Shown here: piece by piece, positions 12,721 through 25,291 of the stretch
How positions within the stretch are numbered: the first letter of the stretch is position 1
Layout: each line of letters starts with the position of its first letter
Origin: Phoronis australis
Taxonomy: Eukaryota; Animalia; Phoronida
Assembly (NCBI GenBank): GCA_002633005.1
Contig: NMRA01000448.1
Coordinates: forward strand, 62,001-126,000
Length of the DNA stretch: 64,000 nucleotides
Reading direction: 5' to 3'
Notes under the pieces: generated by a model
The model's input: only the letters and a program-made list of their open reading frames with translations
What the model was told of the DNA's origin: nothing
The model's database searches: none
Position numbers and translations under genes: made by a program

Positions 12721-13799
12721 GACTTGTCAAGCGAAGCATACATTTAAATGATGCACTGTTCAAAAATTCCGCTGGTCTTGCTTTGATCACCCCATTTCCA
12801 TCAGCCGTTTAATAGTGGTTGCTAGTATGGCGGCGCAAAATACCGCATAATTTGCCGCGAATTTTGTGACTTGCATTTGTGTTTCTATTAGGTATACTGC
12901 GTTACTTTATCACGCTTAACTCCGATTCGTGTCTTTTTGTGCCGCCGGCCAGCCGTTTTTATCACCCTCCACCGTGAGTGTAGCAATCTTCGGTCGGGGC
13001 TGACCCACCCAAGCTGTTTCCACCGGCGTGTTTTGCGTCTCACTTTTTTTTCAAGACGGTAAAGACATTCTTGCAAACGTGAAAACAAACTATTATTTAT
13101 TCTTAAGTAGCTTTCCGCTGCGTCCATTTGGTAATATCGCCACCTATGAGCAGTGACATTGTTGGAAATGACGCTAACCTAGACCATGTAGTCAGTCACG
13201 GATTTTTATTCTGTGCCTCAGTTTATAAAAAGAATCCGACTTTCGTCTCAGTTTTGAGAACTAATTATCGATCTTGTTTATTTGGTTCAATCGCAGGGTC
13301 ACGTGTCATGAACTAATAACTGAGAAACTTTGGCAGGTGATCGTGCGTCCTTTTACGATGTTGGTATTCAAGTACGATGCAAAAGAGAATGAAAACACAA
13401 CGTTGACAAATTATAGAGTATGATACTACTTTCTAAATTGCAGTCTACAGGGGTACGACTTGCACGTGCGCGCAGTTCGCGAAATGCCTCGTTGCCAGTT
13501 GGCAACATTGTAGGTTATCATACCACTTCCATGTTTGGTGTCGCCAATAGGGAATGAAAAGAGGACTTTTTGAGCAAAGGCACGATTTCCGCCTCCCCAA
13601 CCGCTCCCCATCTTCATCACCCACCAAACCTGTTTTCAGTCGAGTAAAAATTGCATCATCTTTGCCCATCTCGGGTGGATTTTCCTTTTTAAGGAAGTGT
13701 ACAATTACAAGAAAATTTCGCACCACCAACTCGATTTTCAAAAAACTACATACACGAACCAACTATGGTTTCGTGGTCTAATATGTATATCGATTGTAA

Positions 13800-13945
13800 T
13801 TATATTCTGAAAAGCAACATTGACGAAAAAAGATTGGGGTCACCTCAGTTTATGAAACTGGAGGCTGTCGGTTTAAATTTGAAAAACGTGCCAAGTTTAG
13901 TAAATTACTATTTTCAAGTTTGAGGTAATGAGTATGCAGCCGATA
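13800..13945 (+). repeat. Dispersed repeat, homologous to about 3260-3400
   Basis: tatattctga..atgaa(a/c)ctggaggctgt..tttgaaaaac is shared by both copies. Confidence 0.65.
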
Positions 13946-16900
13946 GAGGGCGCTTTGTTAGTCGTTACCATAGGTTCTGCGGCGGGAACCAGCACAGAAT
14001 TATTCATGTTCAATGAATTTAGTGAAGTAGGTTGTAACTACTTTTTTCGATAAAAAGGGAATCTAGCTTATGACGTGCTTAATTACTTTAACCAGAAAAG
14101 AGCTCATGAGAGTACGAGTCCAGCTAGAACTACCAAACAACATGTCGTGGAAATAAGTATTTTTTACATATATCCACGCATTGTATATTTTGACTATAAA
14201 CTTGCATAGTTACATATGTTTCTTAACTTTTTAGTGTGACGTTTGTTTTCATATTTACAAAATTAACGTCGACAATATTTCTGATAGGAAGCAATTCTGG
14301 CGAAGGCCGTTACACAAACGACACAATACTAAAAAATTAATTTCATTTTCAACTACATTTAAGTCACAGCAAATGCGCACCCTTTGGATCTAAGTAAGAT
14401 AATGCACGCTGGTGTTGGCTTGCAGAGTAAATGGGAGTAAGTCGGCAATAAAAGTACGCCCCCTACCGTCAAACTCTCAAATTATTTCCACGATTATTGC
14501 TAACTATTACGTAAACTCATTTCCGGGTTGCGCAATCGCTATCTAGACGCAGAAAGGGAGTTTCACTTGAATCTATTGCCTCGTTAATCAATTTCACTAC
14601 ATTGACATTCATGTAACACATGCAGATTCCATGCTGACCAACATCGCCCATATGCAGGCGTTGTAGCGACTCGGCATAATGAGAAGAATTCGCGTGTAAG
14701 GCCAGGGCAGAACATCATGTATAGCCTCGCTTGAACCTCCTGTGCGTCTGACTGTATTTTCGATTTGTAGGAAGCCGCCAGCTTCCTGCAAGCCAAAAAT
14801 GCAGTCACATTCCTGACTGTGCAGCTACTAAGAACTAACACCAGCGTATACGAGTATCATAGCAGTCATACTAGACGACTAACGGACCTATTCTGGCTCA
14901 TGAATGGTCATAGAGATGACGTCTAGTGACTTGGTAGGCCTCCCAAGAAGGACACACACTGGTCCCTTCACAAAAACTGCTTCCTTTTGTCAAAGTTCAA
15001 ATCTTTTCTTTCGATAGGTGGTTTGTTTCGTGCGATCTTCAATGTATTTCTTTTCCCATTAACTGCTTTTTTGTTTGACAACTCACGAAAGGCAAAGTTG
15101 CAGGTAGTTGACAGTCTGCAGCATCTGCTTGGTACAATGTATCGAATTCATCTGCACACTCGTCGCGTATTTTTGTAGCCTCAAAATTAGAAGGTGTTTG
15201 ACACCAGCGCGTGTGTGAACTTCAATCATTGCAGCAAGACATGCGGAGAATATCTTCGTTGCCGTTTTGATTGAAATTCGCACATGTACAGATATGAAAG
15301 ACATCCGAGGAATAACTTGTGGTAACGAAAACACCCGAAAAGTTCCGCATGGGAAGGAAGACAATGCATAAAGTATATCGAATATACAGTCGAACTCCCA
15401 GTGGTTTACCTTGGATTACCCTGACCAACCTCATGTAATAGATGCTACGAGAGTCGCGTTTTAACTTTTTAATGGTGTACGAGCTAAATCTTTTCTCGAA
15501 ACATTTTACTCAGTTAACAGTGATAACAAGCTAACGAAGCGCAGGGTAACTTTGGCGTTTCCATCTAATCTACATTTGGTACATTTTGTTGGTTTGACCG
15601 TTGAAAAATGTATACAAGCTGTGAAGCTAGATTGTCATTAAAGGTTGTCTAAAGCTGTTTAATTACACCTAAATCCGTGAATAAAACGCATGAACCTTAT
15701 CACTGCGTGAAAGTTCAATGAAATGTTGGTTGGTATTTCGAGCAAAATACACTTCACAAAACGTAGGTAACTATGGTAGTCTTTGCAATAGATCATCTTC
15801 AGGACCTAGCATCGTATTGACAGCTGAAAAAGGTGGAACCAAACGAGATATCCGCCCTAAACATTTAGCAGACGCGTCTGGCACAGTTACACAGATGCCC
15901 ATGATTTATTTGCGATATGTCCTAAGGCAGCCGAGTGTTGGTCAGTTTTTTGAAGATCATAAAATTTTATGATGTTTTCACTTATTTATGCCAAGCCACG
16001 TTTATGTTTGCTCACATACAGACACACTCAGTGAGTGACGTGATGTACTGCCGAAACACGCTACACATGGTGAATTTTGCAACATGCAGAAAAAAAGACA
16101 GTTCGAATTACTTGAAAACGTGTCGGTACAAAGTACTACGCGTGTTCATTTAAAACAAACATTTTCCGAGTATATGTGAAGTGAGAAACAATTTAACCGT
16201 TGTCATGAATATTTGGATGTTTAGTGTGGTCAGGATCAATAGAATTTGCCTTGTCCCACGGCTCCGCACTACATATTAAGATTTTGCGATTAGAAGTTCA
16301 TTTCTTGGCAGAACGATTCCCTCTGGATATTGCTGCGTTTGTGTTTTTGATTTTAGTCCGCAGTCACTCGCAAAAGGCAACAAACCGATAGGTTAAACCA
16401 AAATTCTGAATTGCATACAAAAAAGCAACGAGAAGAAAGTAATTTTCAAATTCAGAAATTGTTTAATATTTTTACTTTTTACATTCATCTGTAAAGTGCA
16501 CAAAACCTCAGATTTTTAGCAGAGTATTAAAAGTCTGCTTTAGTATCAGACTGCCTAGATTCGAAACTGTGAACGTTATTCGACTCGGCTTCTAATGGTA
16601 CATATAGTTTAGTAGCCGATTAATATACTCAAGATGGTTGTAAACATGTCTCGAACACCTGTGGTAAATCAAGTCTATTTAAGTTTAATGTGTGGCACGC
16701 TAAAACATTTTTCTGAACTGAGGATTTCGGTAAAAATGGGAAATACGAAATAAATTTTCAAGTCACGTGATGCGTGTGTAAGTCAAAAACTTTTAATGAA
16801 CAAACTTTGCAGAAGCGAAGGTTATGCAAGCGTTCAAGAGAAGATTCGGTATACGTTTTCGCTATGGAATCTAACAATCGTGTGTGCATTGGGACATCCA

Positions 16901-17163
16901 GTGAACACTGCTTCTTTCAATTTCAGACGAACTGATGAATTTGTAGGAATGAATAACATTGTGTATTCAAAATCTAACTGTGGTAACCTAGAGTTGATGC
17001 AATTTGTATTAGTCTCCAAATACGAAACAGCCTCCGCGTAAATGACATGAATTTCCCATACGCAAGTCATTCCTACTTAAAAGTAGAATTCGTCGTTCAT
17101 TTCATTTCTTCTGCATGAAAATGAATTGCAAAAATGCGTTCTAAACTAAACTAACAGACATAC

Positions 17164-19065
17164 CTGCAGAATTAAGATGTTCCCCTGCAAGACCAGACGG
17201 TTGCCATGGAATCGGTGACATTGTAGTGGATGATTTGAGTACGCCATCTCGGTCCTCCTTGTTTTCAAATTCGTCCGAATTCTCGTGCTCGACTTCCGAC
17301 TCTTCCACAATCGTTTCATGTTCGATACTGCCGCGGCCGTGCGAATAGCCAGCTTGTGTAGGTGCATTCATGGCCGTGCTATACAGCAAGTTATCCAAAC
17401 GTTTCAGCGGCGGATCGAATACCACGCGGGTTTTAGAAACATTATCGTCTGCGAGTATGGCTGACTGGTCAACATCTTTTATGTATTCAGATCTCCGGCT
17501 GATTTCACGCACTTCGTAATTACTACCGTCCTCCTCAAGGGAAGATAAACTCTCTTTTCCACTCAAGAAATGATTTTCTTTCAACTGGGCGGCCCTTGGC
17601 AGTCCGAACTGCGCTGCTCTTTTAGCGGATCGAACGCTGAGAATCTCACATTGAATGCCAACGTCGTGCTGCCACGGAAACCTCGCGGGCTCCTGCAGCC
17701 CGGTTATATCGTATTTACGCAAAATCTCTCTGGTCACCTGCACACTACCTACCGAAAAGTCCACCACACTCCCGTTGTGATCGTCTGCTGAATCACTAAG
17801 CACAGTGGACATAGATCGGTTTGATCTGTCGTCTGCTTCCTGAAGACTGCCCTCAAAGGGCGACTTATTGCCACCACTTCCCTTATGAGAAGGCTTATCT
17901 TCGTGGGTCATTTTATAAAAATTGTTGTTTACATTCCGCGTTCCGTTGTCCAAGTAGCCTCCTTTGCCAGCTCCGCTGCGCATTTTTCTTCTGGACAGCA
18001 TCTCTGCGGTCATGTTTTGTTGCGAGTTTGCTATTTTGTCATCAACACTTGTCAAACCAGATAATTCGCTTGACAAGCCCTTTGATCGAATAACTGCTTG
18101 ATTGAAGTCGTTATGGTTATGATCTCGTCCAATCTCATACCTACTATCGTCGAAGGATAATTCGTGAATTGTTAAATTAGCAACGTCGTCTACTGGATAG
18201 TCCGTCACTTCTGTTGCGGCTTCGTTGAAATCTGACTCGTCCGTTTGTGAACTAGCAATCGAAATTTTATGAGATTTTCTTTTGCTGTCCGTCGAAGATC
18301 TCGATGTCAACTGACTGCTTGTGCTACTGTTTGAGGCCTGTGATAACTTTCTCTCATCGATTTGCTGGTTATCGCTTTGATTCGATTGACTATTAACGTA
18401 TGCTTCAATGTGATTTGATTGATTGAGACAGCCAGATGAAAACGTCACGTGGTAATCGAAGTCGTCATTGTATCCATAACTGGCATAATCTTCAACCGAG
18501 AAATTGTCTTTAGTAGAAGAATCGCTGTTTTTTCTGACATTTGCGTTACTTATGTATGGCAGTCCTTGCCTTCTTTGTTTTTGAACAATGTCTTCCTTGT
18601 GATTATCGTTACCACTAAATTTTCTCCTTGTTTCTACGGAGTCACGATATCCATTTGATAGTGTTGAGAATTCGCTGTCATAAGAATATATGTCCCGTGT
18701 TCTCTCGCGCTCTGATTCTCTTGAAGTGCCATCGTTCCTTTCACTTTTGCTTATTTTTTTCCGTGGTATCGGGACGGGTTTATTTTCTGATGACGGCTGA
18801 ATGGCACCGACTTTACGACTTCCGTTGACGTCGCTGTCTCCCAAACTGGCGGATTGTGGTGGTCTTGTAGTCGAAATCTTATGACCGTAGCTTTTGTCAC
18901 TTCCGGCTGGTGAAGATTTTCGCGAAGATAGCTCAGACTGACTGTTAATAACCCTTACTATTTCCGTTTGCGTGTCGTCATTTTCATCTTCCTGGGAAGT
19001 GGCTAATTTGAAAACATCGTCATCATAAAAGTCGGTCGTTCGAGTCTTTTCCTTTGTGTATGATC
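17164..19065 (-). CDS. Large internal coding exon (634 codons, phase 1-1) of an unidentified Ser/Asp/Asn-rich intrinsically disordered protein
   Basis: Lies within the 667-aa ORF, by far the longest in the window. Acceptor atatttacag|GA at 19065 and donor GCAG|gtatgt at 17164. Length 1902 nt is frame-preserving. Confidence 0.85.
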
Positions 19066-19556
19066 CTGTAAATATCGCCATAATTAAATGCAATGGAAAT
19101 GGGAATGATGATAATTTACAAAATATCCAATGTGTATTTGACACTATTTTGGTAGATGGTGTTTTTTAAAAAAATGCTCCCCAGCGTACGGGTATTTGGA
19201 CAAAAATTACATCATTAACATGGGGGCATTCCACATGATGGAACAACATTGGATCAGAGGAGTTTTCAATAAAATGTGACTCTCAGACGGAAGTCTCATG
19301 GAACTCATATATTACTTACCGCTTTCTACCTGTACTTAATCATTCCTAAGGGAGGTATGACACACTCAAGTTGTGCAAGCAATGATATGATGAACAAAAA
19401 ATATGAACAGTTGAAAGATGAATACAGAATATTGATTTTGTACATTAAACGATACCATACCTAGACCTAATCAGTCATGTTAGAAGTTTATGTCTATCTA
19501 ATTAATTTTCAGAGACTATTATTTTCGAAATCTCTTGACAGTTCCAGAAAGAAATA

Positions 19557-19646
19557 GGGATGGGGGAACGGAGGGAGAAGGGGAGGGAGAGAGGTTGAGG
19601 CGGAGGGAGGGACGAAGGGAGGGAGGGAAGGAGGGAGTCAGGGGGG
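19557..19646 (+). repeat. Polypurine (GGGA)n tract
   Basis: Direct reading, with many G3 runs. Confidence 0.85.
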
Positions 19647-19809
19647 TTAGCTCACAAAGTATTTGAATGAACTTTTTATGCTAGGTTCAAATCGTCCATC
19701 TTTTCCCAAGAAACGGATGGCACTTAAGTTTTTTGTCAATGCGTTCCTTCGTACTGCTAATTTACAAAACTATTAGCCATACATACAATAATCCCCAGCT
19801 CTCACTCAC

Positions 19810-20008
19810 CAGCGGTGTTATGAGCTGTATGAAGCAAAATTTTTGTTGGCACCCGCATTGACGAGACTTTGTACCGGTTCATTAAAGTATTATGTGTTTG
19901 TACCGCGTAGACGTCGATTGAAACATCATGACCATGGCTATCGGCTAGGCCTTTTCCGATCGGATATTTATCTCGTAGAAAACCACATTTATAGGTTTGC
20001 ACAATGTT
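19810..20008 (-). CDS. Candidate internal exon NIVQTYKCGFLRDKYP..HTAHNTA-G, phase 0 to 1
   Basis: Acceptor gtcttgatttag|AAC, open frame of 66 codons, consensus donor GCTG|gtgagt. Would splice in frame to 19065. Confidence 0.45.
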
Positions 20009-21411
20009 CTAAATCAAGACATCCATCAAATTGCAAAGAAATACTAACAGTATCTCTCACAAACTGTTTTTATGCTTTTAAAACTGCATCTGCATTGCTT
20101 TTATACCCTCGATAATTTCCGAAACGTGTGACACAGGTAATCAAGAAATGCAGTCACGAAAAGTGAAAAGTAATTTCGCCGCAGGCCTTTGTAACAGTAC
20201 ATAAGATGCACTCAGCGTGTAGAGGACTCTAACTCATGAACGTGAATCACTGAACAATTCTCTGCTAAATATTCCAAAAATGACACTAAATTAACGAGGC
20301 TATAACCCCACCTTGCATCACAAAAAGAACTTTTGATTCAGAACACTTACCGTTATCAAATTGATCTCAATGTATTCGTTAGTGAAATTGGAGATGATCT
20401 CAGGACTTCAAAAGAACTGACCATTGCTTGAGACTATGCTATACAAGTTGTCTTGTCACAGCGTATCATTTTATGTGTCGAGTATGGTCTCAAGGAATAA
20501 CGGAACGTCAGTTCTTAGTAAAATCAGAAATCATTTCTCGTTTAGGTACAGAACAAGTCGAGACGAATTTTTGTAACGCTAAGTGCCAAAAGTCCGCTTC
20601 TTGGGGAATAATAGCCACATAAAGTGTTTTGATTACCAGTTACGTACACTAGTAAGCGTATAACAGCTAGACACTTAATCTGTCTGAAAATAAGTATTTA
20701 TATGAAGATAATCAGGAACGCATCGATTGTCTAGGTACACAGTTTAAGTAATGCATGTAGTTAGTTTAACATAAAGCGATCCTGTGCTGAGAAACGGCCG
20801 TCAAATTTTGATTGTTAAGGATAGGAAAATTTTGGATAACTTCGTATCCCCTGAACATCATTCCTAAGAAATTGATGATTGGATTCATAGAAAGTGAAAG
20901 TTTCAGGTTCTGTGCTTTATGCACCGTTTTGAGGAATTATTTTCAAAAGGTTTTCGCATGAAGAACTAATTTCATGTAAACGCTGATTAAAGGTGAATTA
21001 AAACGAAAATGGAACGGTAATTTAGAAAACTGTAACAGAAATTTTTAGATTCCATCTTGAACATTTGTATCAGATGAAAATTGGTCATAGAACTGATTCG
21101 TTAGTTTTGCTATCAGTGTATCTTTCTGTTTCCTTAAAAATTGACCCAATTGATGACAGATTGGTAAAAAGTAAAAATCAAAGTGTACAATCATTTTACT
21201 TTCAAAAAATACTGACGGGTTTAGATATACCCCCAGACCCGCTGGACGATCAAGTCCTACATAGTCTAATGCTCGCAGCAGAAGTTAGCACATTCGGGTG
21301 TAGTGTTATATCGAATGCTACGTGTTAACATTCCTAATCATCTCTAGGAAATCGAATATTTCGGTACATCACGAATTATATGCAAACAGAATGCAGTTTA
21401 CTATCACTTAC

Positions 21412-21438
21412 CCTGTCAATGGGAATGAATACGGTCAT
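21412..21438 (-). CDS. Candidate first coding exon MTVFIPIDR
   Basis: ATG followed by donor AGG|gtaagt. Phase 0 matches the 20008 acceptor. Very short. Confidence 0.3.
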
Positions 21439-22674
21439 TGTTTTGCTTCATCTATTGTTGGTTTTCATAGATCATTAAATCCCGTTTTTAAATAGTACGA
21501 ACACGAACAAGAAGAAATTTCCCAGCATGGAAAAGGTCACGTTTCACAAAACAATGAGCAAACGTGTTTAAATTCTCAATATGGAGAAAAACGGGGCAAA
21601 CGACGATAAATTAGGCAGTAGCTTCTCAAGGTCAACCGGCCTCGTTCTTAAAAATTTATATCAAACTCTCAACCGTGAGACGAGTCACTTTCATTGGTAA
21701 TTTGTCGGCGATTCAGTGCAAAATCGCCTATTACATAAAGGTTGTAACATGTGAAATGTAAAGCCTCCAAGGCAATCCACTCCTCGTGTTTGCTGCGGCC
21801 TCTTTCATTCGCTTATGAGACGTTCAGAGCTCAAGTTATAATGATCATATACATACTTAGTAAGCAAGTGCGTCATGATTAAGGCACTCAGCAAAAATCC
21901 TCTCACAAACTGCTTATTAAAAACAAAGGGTGTGAATCCTGAAAACAATACAAGCTAAACACTTATTGATTGACCGTATACTTAATTACCTAAATGTGTC
22001 AATGCTAATTAAACATTTGTTAATTAGTGGACCATGAACATCAATCAATTTTATGTGCTAAATTAGTAGTAAAACCTACTTGGTTCACTTTTTGAAATCG
22101 TTTTTAATCCGCGACTGCCGAGCATTACAGCATGTACTTCAGATAAGTACGGATGAATATAAGGGTTTCTTTCTCTCGACACTCGTCCGTCCCGCTGCAT
22201 TCTCCGTATAATTACGAATATACCGATGTGTAGGTTAGGTAACAATATATTCTGTAATACGATGTATGTTGCACAATCCAATTTTGCTATTGATTTTAGT
22301 TTTTATTTAGATAGGGACACGTTTTGTTAGTTTCGCTGAAAGGGTGTGAAAAGTTGATTTGTATGTGCATAATGTCCCGTATTAGGAATCTGTGACAAGA
22401 AGACGGCATTCTCAACGCGGACAATTCCCCGTTTACTTTTACAATAACGATACATTGAATATCGTGCTGACAATTACCCTCCAAAGTCGAATGCAACGTC
22501 TCCCACCGACGGCAGTGTAGAGCAATTTCAACGAAAATCTGAATTAGGTATGAACATTTCCAAAAGTATATCAATATTTACAGTTGCTATAGTAACGATG
22601 ATAGTAATGGGAAGGCAAAGAAAAATAATGAATCAAAGATGGGGAAGACGAAAAGAGGCAAGAAAGGGAACAAA

Positions 22675-22675
<1 letters not shown>

Positions 22676-22722
<47 letters not shown>

Positions 22723-23050
22723 GTGATGGTGATGATGGTGATGGTGATGGTGAGGATGATGGTGATGGTGATGATGATGATTGTGATGGTGATGGTGATG
22801 GTGATGATGATGGTGATGGTGATGATGATGGTGATGGTGATGGTGATGATGATGGTGATGGTGATGGTGGTGATGGTGATGGTGGTGGTGATGACCATGA
22901 TGGTGATGATCATGGTGATGATGACGATGATGACGATGACGATGGTGATGATGGAGGTGGTGGTGGTGGTGGTGGTGAAGATGACGATGATAATGGTGAT
23001 GTTGGTGATGATGTTGATTATGATTATGATTACGAAGACGACGATGATGA
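22676..23050. repeat. (GAT/GGT)n trinucleotide microsatellite
   Basis: Direct reading. It is the source of the poly-Met/His/Ile ORFs. Confidence 0.97.
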
Positions 23051-23784
23051 TCCAATCACATTTATATCATTTGACAAAATTACCTGCTCCGTTTCATACC
23101 ATTTGTTGGGCTAGCATGCCAATGCTCAAAGATTTAATCGGTGATTTGATGCTCTGGCTTCACCTTAAACACCACTCAACCGAGGCTTCCAAAGCTAGAC
23201 AAGCTTATGACCACGATCCAATGACTGAGACATGCGACATCAACTTCAATGCTCACTCTCTTGGCAGTGCAACAAAACACATGCGAAGACTGGATTGATT
23301 ATACACGAATGAGAAATCACATGACGACACGGACAGCGCTCAACGAAAGACACTGGCGCTCCAGAAATAGCCTATTAAACTTTTTTCGTCAAAAAGGTGA
23401 CTGTAACTCAATTCCCTAATTCATCAAATTATTGACTTATTTATCAAATTAATTAAGATCATTCGAAAATGTGACGCTCATATCGTGAAGAATTGTTTTT
23501 TTTTTAATTATTGATGGTGGATATATATCAATTATAAAAAGTTTGGCCTTCATTTGATCATCTTATTTGTTCTCATACACGCCAGGAAAATATAAAAAGA
23601 GATTAAAGCGTAGCAGATAAGGAAGTATTGCGCCTATTAATCAAATTTGTTATCACCTAATATTCACTTTACATCATAACTTTGGCAGTAATTAGCAAAG
23701 TAGCTATCGCAGCATAACCAACACAATTCATCATTTATGAGTACAGAAAAAAGCGGAATAACTCGGTTGGAAGGGCTGATTGCT

Positions 23785-24047
23785 TCCTGGGGGGCCTCTA
23801 CTTCAGGAGGTATTAGTAGAAAGGTGCCGCCAACTCGAATGGATATTTTGCCCTCTCAGGTATCGTCTCGGGTGAGGATTTTGGTCTTTCGGTATTGCCA
23901 CGAGTAGGTAAATAAAAAAGTGGAGTTGGGGGAAAGTCATCATTGGTCTCGGGTGCTCATTTTACCCGTTGTCGGGTATAGCGTTGGTCTGGATTTTGAA
24001 TGCGCGACCGTACTGTTAACCGATTGTGCGGAAGAACCCCCCCAGGG
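23785..24047. mobile_element. MITE with CC(T)GGGGGG..CCCCCCAGGG ends (CMC/EnSpm-like by inference)
   Basis: Inverted G-run/C-run termini and recurring tc(g)ggta(t) internal motifs. Confidence 0.55.
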
Positions 24048-24827
24048 AACTACTTTCATTCCTCCCCACACATGGGAAGAGCCAAAAAAAGCTTCATTTT
24101 ATACGGCTTGTGACGAACTGCAAGTGTTTAGCATATTATTTATTCATACGCCATCCGTTTAACAACCTGAAAGGCATGCTTCGTCTAAAAAGAACATAAA
24201 AATAGGCGATATACGGCCAAAGGGTTGAACTCAGCGCTGTGCAAAGCGATTTCATAGGCCAAGTAGTCGAGCGAATTTCGAATGTTTTGACAAGAACGGA
24301 CGGTAGCAGTCATAACAGACAAACACAATAACAAGGTTATTTTAAGATCAGCACTGTGATACCTATCCGTTTTGTTATGATCTTTAGGTTATTGAATCGT
24401 AACCCTTATCGAATTTCAAGGACTGCATTTGTTCAAATGATGTGATCTTAGGTAAGAGACGGTCAGTTACAACGCCACTGGTTCATTTTGAAAAGCCTGG
24501 GGGCAATGGTCGATGTAATTATTTGTCTAGTAAATTGACACTACATTTTCAGAACAGTCAACGAACACTTAACAGTTAAGTAGCAACAGTATAGCAATTT
24601 CATCAATCCCAACTCCTAACATTTCATTCCACATCATTACCAAATCTGAGGATCTTCTTTTAGTCATAAAAGGGGACAAGTTATACATTCACTTCCGATG
24701 ACACATACTGGCTACAGTAGGCCTTCCGTTCTTTGTTCTGTGTTCTCGCGGTGACGTAATGCGGTGACGTAATGTGGCACTAAAAGAATCACGGATCAAC
24801 GAATGAGTGTTTTCTTCTATTATTTAA

Positions 24828-25291
24828 AGCGTTCCTACAATGGGTTTTTGCACTTTTTGAGGTTTTCGACCGTGTATAATAATTTTATAACACAAAATCT
24901 AACTAAACAAATAGTGTACTGAGTGTAGTGTCATAATCGTGTCCGACGCACGAACTTGCGCATTTTCTGGGCGATCTTAGGGACCTTTGGAAGACCAAAA
25001 TTGAAATATTGTCTACACGATTAATATTACTACATCCTTCGCACAAGCAAATTTTCACGAAACTCTGTCGAACTCAGTTTTCGAGACCGCTACGACTGGC
25101 TGGCTTAGAACAGCACAATGGCGGAGACCGGATCCACTCAGTAGTATGACGTCACACAAAAATTACATATTTTTTAATTTTTGTTATTATTTCTTGATCA
25201 AGAGTACACCTATTGAAGAACGTATACTTATAGTATCATGCCAAAATTGTTGGTAACCGAATTCGAGCATTTAGGACATGGTGTGAAAGGT
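24828..25291 (-). mobile_element. TTAA-flanked Kolobok-like non-autonomous element retaining a promoter and a decayed THAP domain (24885-25058)
   Basis: TTAA at 24824-27 and 25292-95, weak TIRs. Minus strand reads TGACGTCA, then CGCCAT, then VKICLCEGCSNINRVDNISILVF / PKVPKIAQKMRKFVRRTR / YTICLVRF. Confidence 0.65.

Noticed and set aside
12888-13127. 79-aa basic ORF MDAAESYLR.. as an exon
   Set aside because: Available donors are phase 0 or 2 and incompatible with the 10703 acceptor. It could be a uORF but is unsupported.
10654-19065. Assigning a gene name (DLC1/STARD13, TSC22, KANK, PHACTR and MTUS considered)
   Set aside because: None of their diagnostic conserved domains is visible in the window.
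20351-20620. Consensus donor G|gtaagt at about 20350 as a coding exon end
   Set aside because: All upstream frames contain nearby stops; at most a UTR exon.
22587-23298. Poly-His, poly-Met and poly-Ile ORFs (108-219 aa)
   Set aside because: Artefacts of the (GAT/GGT)n microsatellite, which lacks stop codons in several frames.
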